Positions 20,128 to 29,195 of a DNA stretch of 64,000 nucleotides are shown here, one piece after another. Position 1 is the stretch's first letter. The number at the start of each line of letters is the position of its first letter. The stretch is from Spirochaetia bacterium (GTDB taxonomy: Bacteria > Spirochaetota > Spirochaetia > SZUA-6 > Bin103). The notes beneath the pieces were generated by a model. That model worked only from the letters and a program-made list of their open reading frames with translations, was not told the origin of the DNA and ran no database searches. Made by a program: the position numbers and the translations under genes. Location of the stretch: positions 3,520,001 through 3,584,000 of the forward strand of contig OZ241907.1 of NCBI GenBank assembly GCA_965203515.1. The letters are read 5' to 3'.

Positions 20128-21504
20128 CTACGCCGCCATCCCGGCCAGGCGATCGAGCAGGCGGCACCAGGCCGTCCGCCCCCGCTCGTAGCTGGCCAAC
20201 CGGAAGAACTCGTTGGGACCGTGCGCCCCCTCGTCTTCCAGGGCGAACGCGAAGATCACCGTCTTGGCGTCCAGGTACCGTTCGAACATCCCCAGGATCG
20301 GGATGCTGCCGCCGGAGGCGATCGCGTACGGCTCGACGCCGTACAACTCGGTCAGCACCGCGCGTGCGGCGCGGTTGCCGGGATGCCCGGTGGAGATCGT
20401 GTACGGCCGGCCGGCCGACCCGAGCGACCGGACTTTGACGCGTACGGCCGGGTCGGCGTGCCGGCGGACGTGGCCGGCGACCGCTTCCCGGACCCGCGCC
20501 GGGTCCTGATCTCCCACCAGGCGGCAGGTGATCTTGGCGTGCGCGCGGCTCGGCAGCACGGTCTTGACCCCCTCGCCCTGGAACCCTCCCCAGATGCCGT
20601 TGATCTCCAGCGTCGGGCGCCGCCACTGCCGCGCCCGCGTGCCGTAGCCCGGCTCGCCGAACAACCCCGGCGCACCGAGCTTGTCCAGGAAGACCTGCTC
20701 GTCGAACGGGATGCGCTGCAGCTCGGCGCGGTCGGCCGCCGACAGCTCCGGCACGCCTTCGAAGAAGCCGTCGACCAGCACCGCGCCGTCGGCGCTGCGC
20801 ATCGAGTCCAGGATGCGCACCAGCGCGTGGATGGGGTTGTGGATGGCGCCGCCGTAGGTGCCGGAATGGACGTCGCGGGCCGGCCCGGTCACGTCGATCT
20901 GCAGCGCGCACAGGCCGCGCAAGCTCAGCCACAGCCCCGGCTCGGTCTCGCTCCACTGCGAACCGTCGGCGCTGACGGCCAGATCGCAGCGGAGCCGCTC
21001 GGCATGCCGGGAGACGAACCCCTCCATGGTGGGGCTGCCGATCTCTTCCTGACCCTCCAGCAGGAACTTCACGTTCACCGGCAGCGATCCGCCGTCGGCC
21101 AGCAGCGCCTCGACCGCCTGCACCGGAATCAGCAGGTTGCCCTTGTCGTCGGAGGAGCCGCGCCCGTAGACGCGGTCGCCGGCGAGCACGGGATCGAACG
21201 GGTCGGCGTCCCAGCCGTCGTCGCGCGCGGCCGGCTGCACGTCGAAGTGGGCGTAGATCAGCACGGTCGGCGCGCCCGGCGCGTGCAGGTAGTCGGCGTA
21301 GACGGCCGGCTGCGCGCCGGTCTCCAGGACTTCGGCGTGCTCCAGGCCGGCCTCCGCCAGCCGGTCGCGGACCCATGCCGCGGCGGCCCGCACGTCGTCC
21401 TGGTGGTCGGGGAGCGAGGAGACGCTGGGAATGCGCACGAAGTCGCGCAGCTCCGAGACGTAGCGATCCCGCCGCTCGCTGAGCAAGGTCAAGTGATCAG
21501 CCAT
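20128..21504 (-). CDS. M20/M25/M40 family dipeptidase
   Basis: YAHFDVQP, GRGSSDDKG, EGQEEIGS, DVHSG, GGSIP, HGPNE. Confidence 0.92.
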   Translation of the reverse strand: MADHLTLLSERRDRYVSELRDFVRIPSVSSLPDHQDDVRAAAAWVRDRLAEAGLEHAEVLETGAQPAVYADYLHAPGAPTVLIYAHFDVQPAARDDGWDADPFDPVLAGDRVYGRGSSDDKGNLLIPVQAVEALLADGGSLPVNVKFLLEGQEEIGSPTMEGFVSRHAERLRCDLAVSADGSQWSETEPGLWLSLRGLCALQIDVTGPARDVHSGTYGGAIHNPIHALVRILDSMRSADGAVLVDGFFEGVPELSAADRAELQRIPFDEQVFLDKLGAPGLFGEPGYGTRARQWRRPTLEINGIWGGFQGEGVKTVLPSRAHAKITCRLVGDQDPARVREAVAGHVRRHADPAVRVKVRSLGSAGRPYTISTGHPGNRAARAVLTELYGVEPYAIASGGSIPILGMFERYLDAKTVIFAFALEDEGAHGPNEFFRLASYERGRTAWCRLLDRLAGMAA

Positions 21505-21626
21505 CGCGGCGCAGTGTAACGCCTCGCCGCCTGGCATGCTACCGCTTCCTCGGCCCTCCTTCAGCCATGGGTGCTGTTTCGGCCCAGCCGTGCAGCCGCA
21601 TCCGTAGCCAAGCCGGAGAAGCGCGA

Positions 21627-22330
21627 CTAGGCCCAGAGCCAATCGAGATCGGCAAAGGCCAGCGCCTTGTCGAAGTTGTCGATGTTGTCGCGCACGTTGA
21701 CGATGAGGCAGCGGTCGTTGCCGCCGTTCTTCGGTCCGCGCAGGCCCCTTCCGATCATCTGAAAATAGAGGTTGGGGCTGTAAACCGGACGCGCCACGAT
21801 GATGGCTCGCGTCTTGGGAGCGTCGAATCCTTCGCGGAAGACACCGTAGTTCACCAGGACGTCGATTTGTCCCGCGCGGAATCGTTCGACGATGTCTCGA
21901 CGGACGGAGGTCTCGGTTCCTCCGCTCACGGCCCTGGCGCTGAAGCCTTCCGAGTTCAGGAGTGCCGCCACGGTCTGGGCGTGCTCCACGGACGTGGCGA
22001 AGATGAGCGTGGGCCACTCCTCGTTGACGAATTTTCGGTAGGCATCGACGATACGTCTGGTACGGTCCGCGTCTCGCGCGATGCGCTTTTCCATGCTGCG
22101 CGGCAGCCATGCGGGATAGGGCATCGCCCGCATCTCCTGCAACTCATCTTCGCTCAACGAGAATCTGCCGCCTTCGATGGTCTCGTGGTCGGCGTGCGCC
22201 AGTACCTGCATTCCCTGCAACTCGCCGATGACCTCCGTCGGTTCGTCGCTGGCAAACGCCCCGGCGTCCAGGCGAATCGCGCCGTACCGGCGTACCAGTC
22301 TCTGCGTCTCCTCCTCGTCGTGACCCCGGT
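21627..22330 (-). pseudogene. C-terminal fragment of a large SF2 (DEAD/DEAH) helicase
   Basis: FATSVEHA, NYGVFREGFDAP, QMIGRGLRG present; no Walker A or DEAH motif upstream. Confidence 0.75.
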
Positions 22331-22569
22331 ACCATCGTCGAGTACCTCCTTGATGATCTTGTACGCCTGCTCGTGACTCATCGCACGCGATGCATCCAGA
22401 AATCGTCCCACTCATCTGCACTTTTCATCTTCATTGTCACGAAACGCAGCGCCCGAGGATTCCAGGTTAGGGCGCGTCGGCTCCCGCACAACCGGTCGAT
22501 CTTTGCCATGCGGCCGGTGGTAAGTGCCTTGTGGTGGAGCCAAGCTCGTGGACGTCCCTCGAAGTTCGT

Positions 22570-22830
22570 CAACTCGAAGAGCTGCCGATGGGCGTAGCCG
22601 CCGTGGGCTATGCCGTGCTCGAGGTTGGCGTTCTCGGTCACGTGATTCGGTTGCGCTTGATAGGCCCGGAGGGTCGGAGGGTCTTTCCGGTTTCGTCCGT
22701 GATGAAGCGGACGATGGGGCTCGCCGTCGGCCCAGGGAGGCTGGCGGGTGGGACTCGGCAGTTTCAGCTTGGCCCCCTCACGATAGAACTTGCCGCGCTC
22801 GCCCTTGGAAAAGTCGTACTCTCGTTTCAT
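22570..22830 (-). pseudogene. BrnA-like N-terminus running into a sacsin-N-like fragment
   Basis: ATG 22830 MKREYDFSKGERGKFY (BrnA-type start), followed in frame by NANLEHGIAHGGYAHRQLFEL; then breaks off. Confidence 0.55.
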
Positions 22831-23112
22831 CTGCCTGACTCGAACTGCCGCCGCTCGCGACCCGTGGCCGGCCGCGCCGAAATGATACGAATCGTGGTCC
22901 GGTCCCCGATCTACGACCGTATGTACCACGACCAGCAACCGGCCCCGATGGGACTCGCCCATCGTAATCCAGCGCTCGGTCTCACTGTGGTATTCGTCGC
23001 GCACTGACAAGGCGAACGGATATTGGAATACGGTGGCTGCCACGTCGAAGTCAATACCGTGCTTGAGCAAGTTGCTTGCCGCCTTGCCGGGGTGCCACTC
23101 GAAGTCGTACAC
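22827..23112 (-). pseudogene. brnT: Frameshifted BrnT toxin
   Basis: FEWHPGKAASNLLKHGIDF..ERWITMG..LLVVVHT; the C-terminal IRIISARPATGRERRQFESGR* is in another frame and its TGA overlaps ATG 22830. Confidence 0.75.
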
Positions 23113-23188
23113 ACACGGGCTCTCCTCCGATTCCTACGGGAAGCTTTCGTAGTGGTACCTCCACGGTCTGAGCTTTACGTCGACGAAC

Positions 23189-23217
23189 TTGACTCAAGTA
23201 TCTTCCATTATTATACT
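23189..23217 (+). promoter_or_regulatory. Near-consensus sigma70 promoter, leaderless
   Basis: TTGACT (23189-94)-17-TATACT (23212-17), ATG 6 nt later. Confidence 0.75.
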
Positions 23218-23223
23218 TATACC

Positions 23224-24687
23224 ATGAACGGCACTCGTTCCGACACGGCCGACGCAGCCATCACGACCACTGTTTCCGCCCTCTCCGACGACCGCCTGTT
23301 GGAGCGGACCAAGGAACTGTCCGGCATCGAACACCAGATCGAAGTCGTCGTCATCGACCACCTGCGCGAGATCGATAAGCGCCGCCTGTATCTGCGCCGC
23401 GGGTTCTCCAGCCTCTTCGATTACGCGGTCCGCGAGCTCGGCTACAGCGACGCCGCCGCTTGGCGGCGCCTCAAGGCGATGCGCCTCTGCGCAGACTTCG
23501 ACGGCGTGCGCGAGCGCCTGCAGGACGGCTCGATGACGCTCAACGCGGCCGCGCAGTTGCAGAACGCCTTCGACCGGCAGGAGCGCAACAGGGATCGCGC
23601 GGCGCGCAGCGCGGGCGGGGACGGGTTCGGGGACGCCGCGCGGTCGCAGGACGGCTCGGCGCTGGCGCTCGCTCCGGGACCGGCTCAGCCGGCGGAGCGG
23701 AAGCCGGCGCCGGTGCTGGACCCGTCGGCGAAGCGGGCGCTGGTGGAGCAGGCGGCCGGCAAGAGCAGCCGGCAGGTGATGAAGCTGCTGGCCGAGGTCG
23801 ACCCGGAGCTGGCGGCGCCGGCGGATCGGGTGCGCCCGTTGGGCGCCGGGCGCTGGGAGATCAAGGCGGTCATCGACGATGAGTGCCGGCGTGGGTTGGA
23901 GCGGCTCAAGGGCCTCCTGTCCCATGTCGATCCGCACATGACGTTAGGTCAGATCGTGGGACGGCTGGTGCAGGAAGGGCTCGACCGCCACGACCCGGCC
24001 CGGCCGCCGCGCGGGCGGCGCACCGGCGCCCACGCCGCAGGCGCCCGGGCCGCAGGCGCCCGGGCCGCAGGCGCCCGGGCCGCAGGCGCCGAGCAGACTT
24101 CGGCGGCGAAGACGCAGGCGGCCTCGGCTCGCGGCGCCGCTTCGGCAGCGCAGCACGAGGCCAGCTCGGACAGCGCCGCTCCTTCGGCGGCGAAGGTATC
24201 GGCCCAGACGGCGGGGCAGCCGGCGGCGGAGCCGGGAGACGGAGCCGCTACGCCGCTGCAGGCGGACCGCGGCCCGGAACGCCCGGAAGCTTTGGCAGCG
24301 AAGCCGGCGGACGGCACCACTTCGGCGGCGAAGACGCGGTGCCTCGGCCGGCAGGCTGCGGCGTGCGCGAAGCCGGCTCCGCCGCCGCGGGCCCAAACTT
24401 CGGCAGCGAAGGCGGACGGAGGGACCAGCCGCGCCATCCCGGCGGCGGTCAAGCGCGCGGTCTGGCGGCGCGACCGGGGACGCTGCAGCTACGTGGACCG
24501 CACCAGCGGGCGCCGCTGCGGCTCGCAACACCTGCTGCAGATCGATCACGTCGTGCCGTATGCCCGCGGCGGCCGCGCCGAGCCGAACAATCTCCGACTG
24601 CTGTGCGCCGCTCATCACCGCCACCGCCACGCAGGCGCCGGATTCGGCCGCCCCGGCGAGGATCGTCAGGAGCCGGTTCCGTTCTGA
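23224..24687 (+). CDS. HNH endonuclease with helical (DUF222-like) N-terminus and low-complexity linker
   Basis: N-terminal LYLRRGFSSLFDY; C-terminal RDRGRCSY..C..LQIDHVVPYARGG..NNLRLLCAAHHRH; dispersed TSAAK repeats. Confidence 0.85.
   Translation: MNGTRSDTADAAITTTVSALSDDRLLERTKELSGIEHQIEVVVIDHLREIDKRRLYLRRGFSSLFDYAVRELGYSDAAAWRRLKAMRLCADFDGVRERLQDGSMTLNAAAQLQNAFDRQERNRDRAARSAGGDGFGDAARSQDGSALALAPGPAQPAERKPAPVLDPSAKRALVEQAAGKSSRQVMKLLAEVDPELAAPADRVRPLGAGRWEIKAVIDDECRRGLERLKGLLSHVDPHMTLGQIVGRLVQEGLDRHDPARPPRGRRTGAHAAGARAAGARAAGARAAGAEQTSAAKTQAASARGAASAAQHEASSDSAAPSAAKVSAQTAGQPAAEPGDGAATPLQADRGPERPEALAAKPADGTTSAAKTRCLGRQAAACAKPAPPPRAQTSAAKADGGTSRAIPAAVKRAVWRRDRGRCSYVDRTSGRRCGSQHLLQIDHVVPYARGGRAEPNNLRLLCAAHHRHRHAGAGFGRPGEDRQEPVPF
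24034..24090. repeat. 15-bp tandem repeat (AAGAR)n inside the HNH gene
   Basis: gccgcaggcgcccgg repeated about 4 times. Confidence 0.8.
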
Positions 24688-24766
24688 GGTGGTTCTATAT
24701 TCCGGTCACCCGTTGCCTCCGAGGCCGACGAAGCCGAGGCGGCAGCATGACGGTCGGCATGATCGG

Positions 24767-24877
24767 CTTGACGGGCCAAACGCCATTACGAGGATTGTTC
24801 CTCTGACGGGGTTGCGCGCCTCAGGGATTACCCGTCACCAAAGCGGGACAAATCCACGTATCGAAGCAGCCGTCAAG
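24767..24877. ncRNA. Candidate structured RNA / long imperfect hairpin
   Basis: Nested complementary blocks cttgacgg/ccgtcaag, tacg/cgta, ggatt/aatcc, gttcc/gggac, tgacggg/cccgtca. Confidence 0.35.
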
Positions 24878-24951
24878 TGCCTGCGGCTCGCTTTCTTGCG
24901 TGTTGCATGTTTGCATCACCAGTTCCCGATAGGGTTCCGGTGATACCGCGC

Positions 24952-24980
24952 TTGACGCGCGCGGTGCCGCAACCCACAGT
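24952..24980 (+). promoter_or_regulatory. Putative zwf promoter
   Basis: TTGACG-17-CACAGT, followed by GGAGG and GTG 24996. Confidence 0.45.
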
Positions 24981-24995
24981 GGCGCGGAGGCTGCA

Positions 24996-26585
24996 GTGAC
25001 CACCGATCAGGCGTCGCCGTGCACGATGGTGATCTTCGGCGCGTCGGGCGACCTGACGGCGCGCAAGTTGATCCCGGGACTCTACGAGTTGCATCGGCGC
25101 GGCCTGTTGCCGGACCGGTTTGCGGTGCTCGGCGCCGGCCGCACCGGCATGAGCGACGACCGGTTCCGCCGGGCGATGCGGGCGGCGCTGCAGGACGGCG
25201 CCGGCGGCCAGCCGCCGGTGGCGCTGGATCGGTTTCTCGGCACGCTGCACTACCAGCAGCTCGACACCGGTTCCGCCGACGGGTACGGAAAGCTGGCCGA
25301 GCGGTTGCAGGCGGTCGACGCCGCGGCCGGCACCGGCGGCAACTTCGTCTACTACCTGGCGACGCCGCCGAGCCTCTTCGAGCCGATCGCCGGCGGCCTG
25401 GCCGGCGCCGGCTTGACCGCGGGGCGGGACGGCGGGTGGCGGCGGCTGATCGTGGAGAAGCCGTTCGGCTACGACCTGGAATCGGCGCGCCGGCTGAACG
25501 AGCGGCTGCACACGTGGTTTACGGAGCGGCAGATCTACCGGATCGACCATTACCTGGGGAAGGAGACGGTCCAGAACGTGCTGGTCCTGCGGTTCGCGAA
25601 CGAGGTGTGGGAGCCGCTCTGGACGCGCGCCACGATCGACATGGTGGAGATCACCGGCGCCGAGCAGGTCGGGGTGGAGCAGCGCGGCGGCTACTACGAC
25701 GGATCGGGCGCGCTGCGCGACATGGTGCAGAACCACCTGCTGCAGGTGGTCGGCATGATCGCCATGGAGCCGCCGGCGCACTTCCTGCCGAGCGCGGTGC
25801 GCAATGAGACGGTGAAGGTGTTCGACTCGTTGCGGCCGATCGCCCCGTCGCAGGTGGTCGAGCAGGTGGTGCGCGGCCAGTACACCGGATCGCTCACCAC
25901 GGACGGCGCGCTGGCCGGCTACCGAGAGGAGGCGGGCGTGCCGCGCGGCTCGCGCACGGAGACCTACGTGGCGCTGCGGTTCTACATCGACAATCGGCGC
26001 TGGGCGGGCGTGCCGTTTCTGGTGCGGACCGGCAAGCGGCTGCCGGCGCGGGTGACGGAGATCGTCATTCACTTCAAGCAGGTGCCGCATCATCTGTTCG
26101 GCACGCCGCCGGCCTCGGTGACCTCCGGCGTCCCCGACCCGGCCGGTGACGGCCGTCACGCGGTGTCGGCGGCGGCGGCGGAGGCCAGCAAGCTGATCAT
26201 CCGCATCCAGCCGGACGAGGCGATTCAGCTTCGCTGCAACGTGAAGCTGCCCGGGGCCGGGTTCGCCGTGCGTCAGGTGGCGATGGACTTCCGCTACGCC
26301 GATCTTGCCGACGCCTACCTGCCGGACGCCTACGAGCGGCTGCTGCTGGACGGCATGATCGGCGACGCGACGTTGTACGCGCGCGCCGACGCGATCGAGT
26401 CGTGCTGGGAGTTCGTGACGCCGATCCTGACCGCCTGGCGGGAACGGCCCGGCATCCCCCTGCACGGCTACCCGGCCGGAAGCTGGGGGCCGGCCGCCGC
26501 CTCGGGGCTGTTCGAGCGCCGCGGCCACGACTGGCACTCCCCCATGCCCTCGCTCAGCGAGCCCGGCGGCCGCGTCGATCTGTAG
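24996..26585 (+). CDS. zwf: Glucose-6-phosphate 1-dehydrogenase
   Basis: GASGDL, EKPFG, RIDHYLGKE, DMVQNHL, YPAGSWGP. Confidence 0.96.
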   Translation: MTTDQASPCTMVIFGASGDLTARKLIPGLYELHRRGLLPDRFAVLGAGRTGMSDDRFRRAMRAALQDGAGGQPPVALDRFLGTLHYQQLDTGSADGYGKLAERLQAVDAAAGTGGNFVYYLATPPSLFEPIAGGLAGAGLTAGRDGGWRRLIVEKPFGYDLESARRLNERLHTWFTERQIYRIDHYLGKETVQNVLVLRFANEVWEPLWTRATIDMVEITGAEQVGVEQRGGYYDGSGALRDMVQNHLLQVVGMIAMEPPAHFLPSAVRNETVKVFDSLRPIAPSQVVEQVVRGQYTGSLTTDGALAGYREEAGVPRGSRTETYVALRFYIDNRRWAGVPFLVRTGKRLPARVTEIVIHFKQVPHHLFGTPPASVTSGVPDPAGDGRHAVSAAAAEASKLIIRIQPDEAIQLRCNVKLPGAGFAVRQVAMDFRYADLADAYLPDAYERLLLDGMIGDATLYARADAIESCWEFVTPILTAWRERPGIPLHGYPAGSWGPAAASGLFERRGHDWHSPMPSLSEPGGRVDL

Positions 26586-26605
26586 GCCGGCCTCGGTCGG
26601 CCCGA

Positions 26606-28183
26606 TCACATCCCCCATACGGTGACGGGCGGGCCGCCGGCGGTTTCGCGGCGCCGGAACAGCTTGGCGGCCCACGGCTTGCCGGCGGTGCGGTCGAAGA
26701 TGACCAGGTGGGCCTCGCCGGCGGCGCACCGGTCGAGATAGGCGCGGGTCTGCGTCAGCCCGCTCGCCAGCGTCCGTTCCAGGCTGCCGTGCAGCAGCTT
26801 GCATTCGATCACGATCTTCTGCACGGCGGCGCCGGCCGGCCAGACGATCAACAGATCGGTCCGCATCCGGCCCAGGCCGTACTCGCGTTCGATCCGGCCG
26901 CCACTGTTGACGATGCGGTGCAGAAACGCCTGCAGCAACAACTGCGGTCCCGCCTCCCGGTACTGAAACCGCTCGACCCAGTGCTCGGAATGCTCGCGAA
27001 AGAACTCCTGAAACGCCGCCAGCAGCTTGTCCGCCTGCAGGCGGCCGCCGCGCTCGACGTACCACGCCGCGTCGGCGGCAAGCGTCGCCTCGGTGGTGTA
27101 GGTGAGCTCGCGCGGGATCACCTCCTGGTACAACGGATTGGCGATCGATACGGCCCCGTCGATCCGGATGAGCCCCAGGTCGCGCACGTATTCCAGGTCG
27201 TCGCGCGGCAGGTCAGCGGCGGACTGGCCGCCGCTGAGGAGCAACTCTATGACGCTGCGGACGCGCGGTTCGGCCAGCTTGTCGGCGAGCTGGTCCAGGT
27301 GCGTGTCGCGGCGCAGGATGATCCGCTCGCACGCCTCATCGACCGCGGCGACCGGCACCGGCCGCCCGCGGTCGGGCAGGCGCTCGACCGCCTCCTGCGC
27401 GAGCGCGTTGACCAGCCAGGGCTGCCCGTTGGTGAGCGACCAGATGCGGCGCTCCGCTTGCTCCGCCCACGGCTGCCCGGTCGCCGCGGTATGTTGCGCG
27501 AGCAGCAGCCGGACTTCGTCGTACGAGAAGTCGCCCAGCCGTAGCGAGGCCGCCTTGACGTTGAAGGCGCTGCCGCCGGTCACGACCGCCTGCTCCCGGG
27601 TCGATCGAATCCGATAGTCGCGCACGTCGCGCACGCCGCAGAGAATCACGCTCTGGGGATAGCGGCGCGGCCGGTCGGGGTAGCCGTTGCGGAGTTGCCG
27701 GAGCACCGCGATCAGCGTGTCCCCCACCAGTGAGTCGACCTCGTCGATCAGCAGCACCAGCGGCTTGGGAGCCGCCTCCGCCCAGAGGGTGAGCGCCTTC
27801 AACAGAGCGCCCAGGCCGCCCGCCGTTGCCAGGGCCGCCGGCCAGATGCCGGCCAGCGAGCCGTCTCCCAGCGTGCGCTCGGCCTCCACCGACAGCCGGT
27901 CCAGAATCGCCCGCATCGCCGCGGTCACGTCGTCGCGGGCCGCCTGCCCGATCTCCACGTTCACGTAGACGCAGTGACATTCGCCGCCGTCGTTCAACGC
28001 GTCGCGCAACGCCAGCAGCGCCGTGGTCTTGCCGGTCTGGCGCGGCGCATGCAGGACGAAGTAGCGCCACTGGCCGATCAGGCGCAGGACCCCGTCGAGG
28101 TCGATGCGCCCGAGCGGCGGGACGTGGTAATGGCGCTCCGGCTTGATCGGGCCTTCGGTGCAGAAGAAGCGGTCCGCGGTCAT
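26606..28183 (-). CDS. AAA-like ATPase with C-terminal PD-(D/E)XK-like domain
   Basis: HAPRQTGKTT, LLIDEVD; REYGLGRMRTDLL..VIECK; paralog of 57940..59529. Confidence 0.85.
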   Translation of the reverse strand: MTADRFFCTEGPIKPERHYHVPPLGRIDLDGVLRLIGQWRYFVLHAPRQTGKTTALLALRDALNDGGECHCVYVNVEIGQAARDDVTAAMRAILDRLSVEAERTLGDGSLAGIWPAALATAGGLGALLKALTLWAEAAPKPLVLLIDEVDSLVGDTLIAVLRQLRNGYPDRPRRYPQSVILCGVRDVRDYRIRSTREQAVVTGGSAFNVKAASLRLGDFSYDEVRLLLAQHTAATGQPWAEQAERRIWSLTNGQPWLVNALAQEAVERLPDRGRPVPVAAVDEACERIILRRDTHLDQLADKLAEPRVRSVIELLLSGGQSAADLPRDDLEYVRDLGLIRIDGAVSIANPLYQEVIPRELTYTTEATLAADAAWYVERGGRLQADKLLAAFQEFFREHSEHWVERFQYREAGPQLLLQAFLHRIVNSGGRIEREYGLGRMRTDLLIVWPAGAAVQKIVIECKLLHGSLERTLASGLTQTRAYLDRCAAGEAHLVIFDRTAGKPWAAKLFRRRETAGGPPVTVWGM

Positions 28184-28428
28184 CGTCAAGGCTCGCCGGT
28201 CACCGGTCTTGGTTCATCACTTTGTGCTGCACTCTGCAGCTACGTCAAACTCGCGACCTGCCGTGATAGCCTGCCGAGCCTACGGGCATGCATGTTCTCC
28301 TTTTCGGTACGCATATGGGTGATCGGCATGGCGGCGGCGCTCGGTAGCGCGGCCTGCGCCGCCGGGCAGCCGTTGGAGGGTTCCGGGGAGCCGCCGTTCC
28401 GCCTCAGCGAGGCGATTGACAGGCGGTC

Positions 28429-29112
28429 TCATCGTTCCTTCCAGCCGAACTTGCGGGCCGCCTCCGCCGCCGAGAACTCGGCGCTCGCGGCGAATCGGCG
28501 CCTCTCGTTCTCCTGGTCGATCACCGACTGCACGGCGGCCAGCGTCTCCTCGGCCCGGTCGAGCGGAACCCGCACGCAGCCGTTGCGGTCGGCCATGACC
28601 AGGTCGCCGGGGCGGATGCGGAGCTGACCCACCGTGACCGGCGCGCCCAGGCGCACCGCGCTGAATCGGCCGTGTCCGGGTACCTCCCCCCAGGCGAACA
28701 CCGGCAGGCCGATCTCGCGGATGCCGTCCAGGTCGCGGACCGTGCCTTCGACGATCACCCCCGCGACGCCGAGTCGGCGGTGCATGGCCGCCATCACGTC
28801 CCCGAACGACGCGCCGCGGCCCGGCCGGCTGTCGGCGTCGCGCATGACCACGATGTGCGGCCCTTCGGTCTCTTCGAGATGGCGGTAGTGACCGCGCCAG
28901 CTCACCTCGGGCGGATCCGGGTCGTTGGTGGTCAGCTCCACGGTGGCCGCGTAGCCGATGACGCTGCCCAGCTCGGGCAGCAGGCAGCGGATCGTGTGGT
29001 CGGTGTATTCCTCGTTCGGCAGGCCGAAACGCGCGACCATGGCGTTGAACACGGTCGGCGTGTCGTGCGCTGCCAGCCCTGCGAAGACGTGGTCGGGTAG
29101 CCGTTGCATCAC
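28429..29112 (-). CDS. RraA/HMG aldolase family protein
   Basis: DTPTVFNA, GYAAT, FGDVM, GTVRDL, PGDLVMADRNG. Confidence 0.85.
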   Translation of the reverse strand: MMQRLPDHVFAGLAAHDTPTVFNAMVARFGLPNEEYTDHTIRCLLPELGSVIGYAATVELTTNDPDPPEVSWRGHYRHLEETEGPHIVVMRDADSRPGRGASFGDVMAAMHRRLGVAGVIVEGTVRDLDGIREIGLPVFAWGEVPGHGRFSAVRLGAPVTVGQLRIRPGDLVMADRNGCVRVPLDRAEETLAAVQSVIDQENERRRFAASAEFSAAEAARKFGWKER

Positions 29113-29195
29113 GGCGGGATAGTGCCACCGCCGCGGCGGTCGTGCCTACCGCCGCCTGTCCGGCGGCCGCGTCCCGGCCGGCGCCCGATCGCCCG

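Noticed and set aside
22378..23112. 244-aa ORF as a genuine BrnT-BrnA fusion protein
   Set aside because: Better explained by a frameshift, since the canonical BrnT C-terminus and stop are present in another frame.
24860..24872. gaagcagcc as part of SRP RNA
   Set aside because: The partner CAGG..GNRA helix-8 motif is absent.
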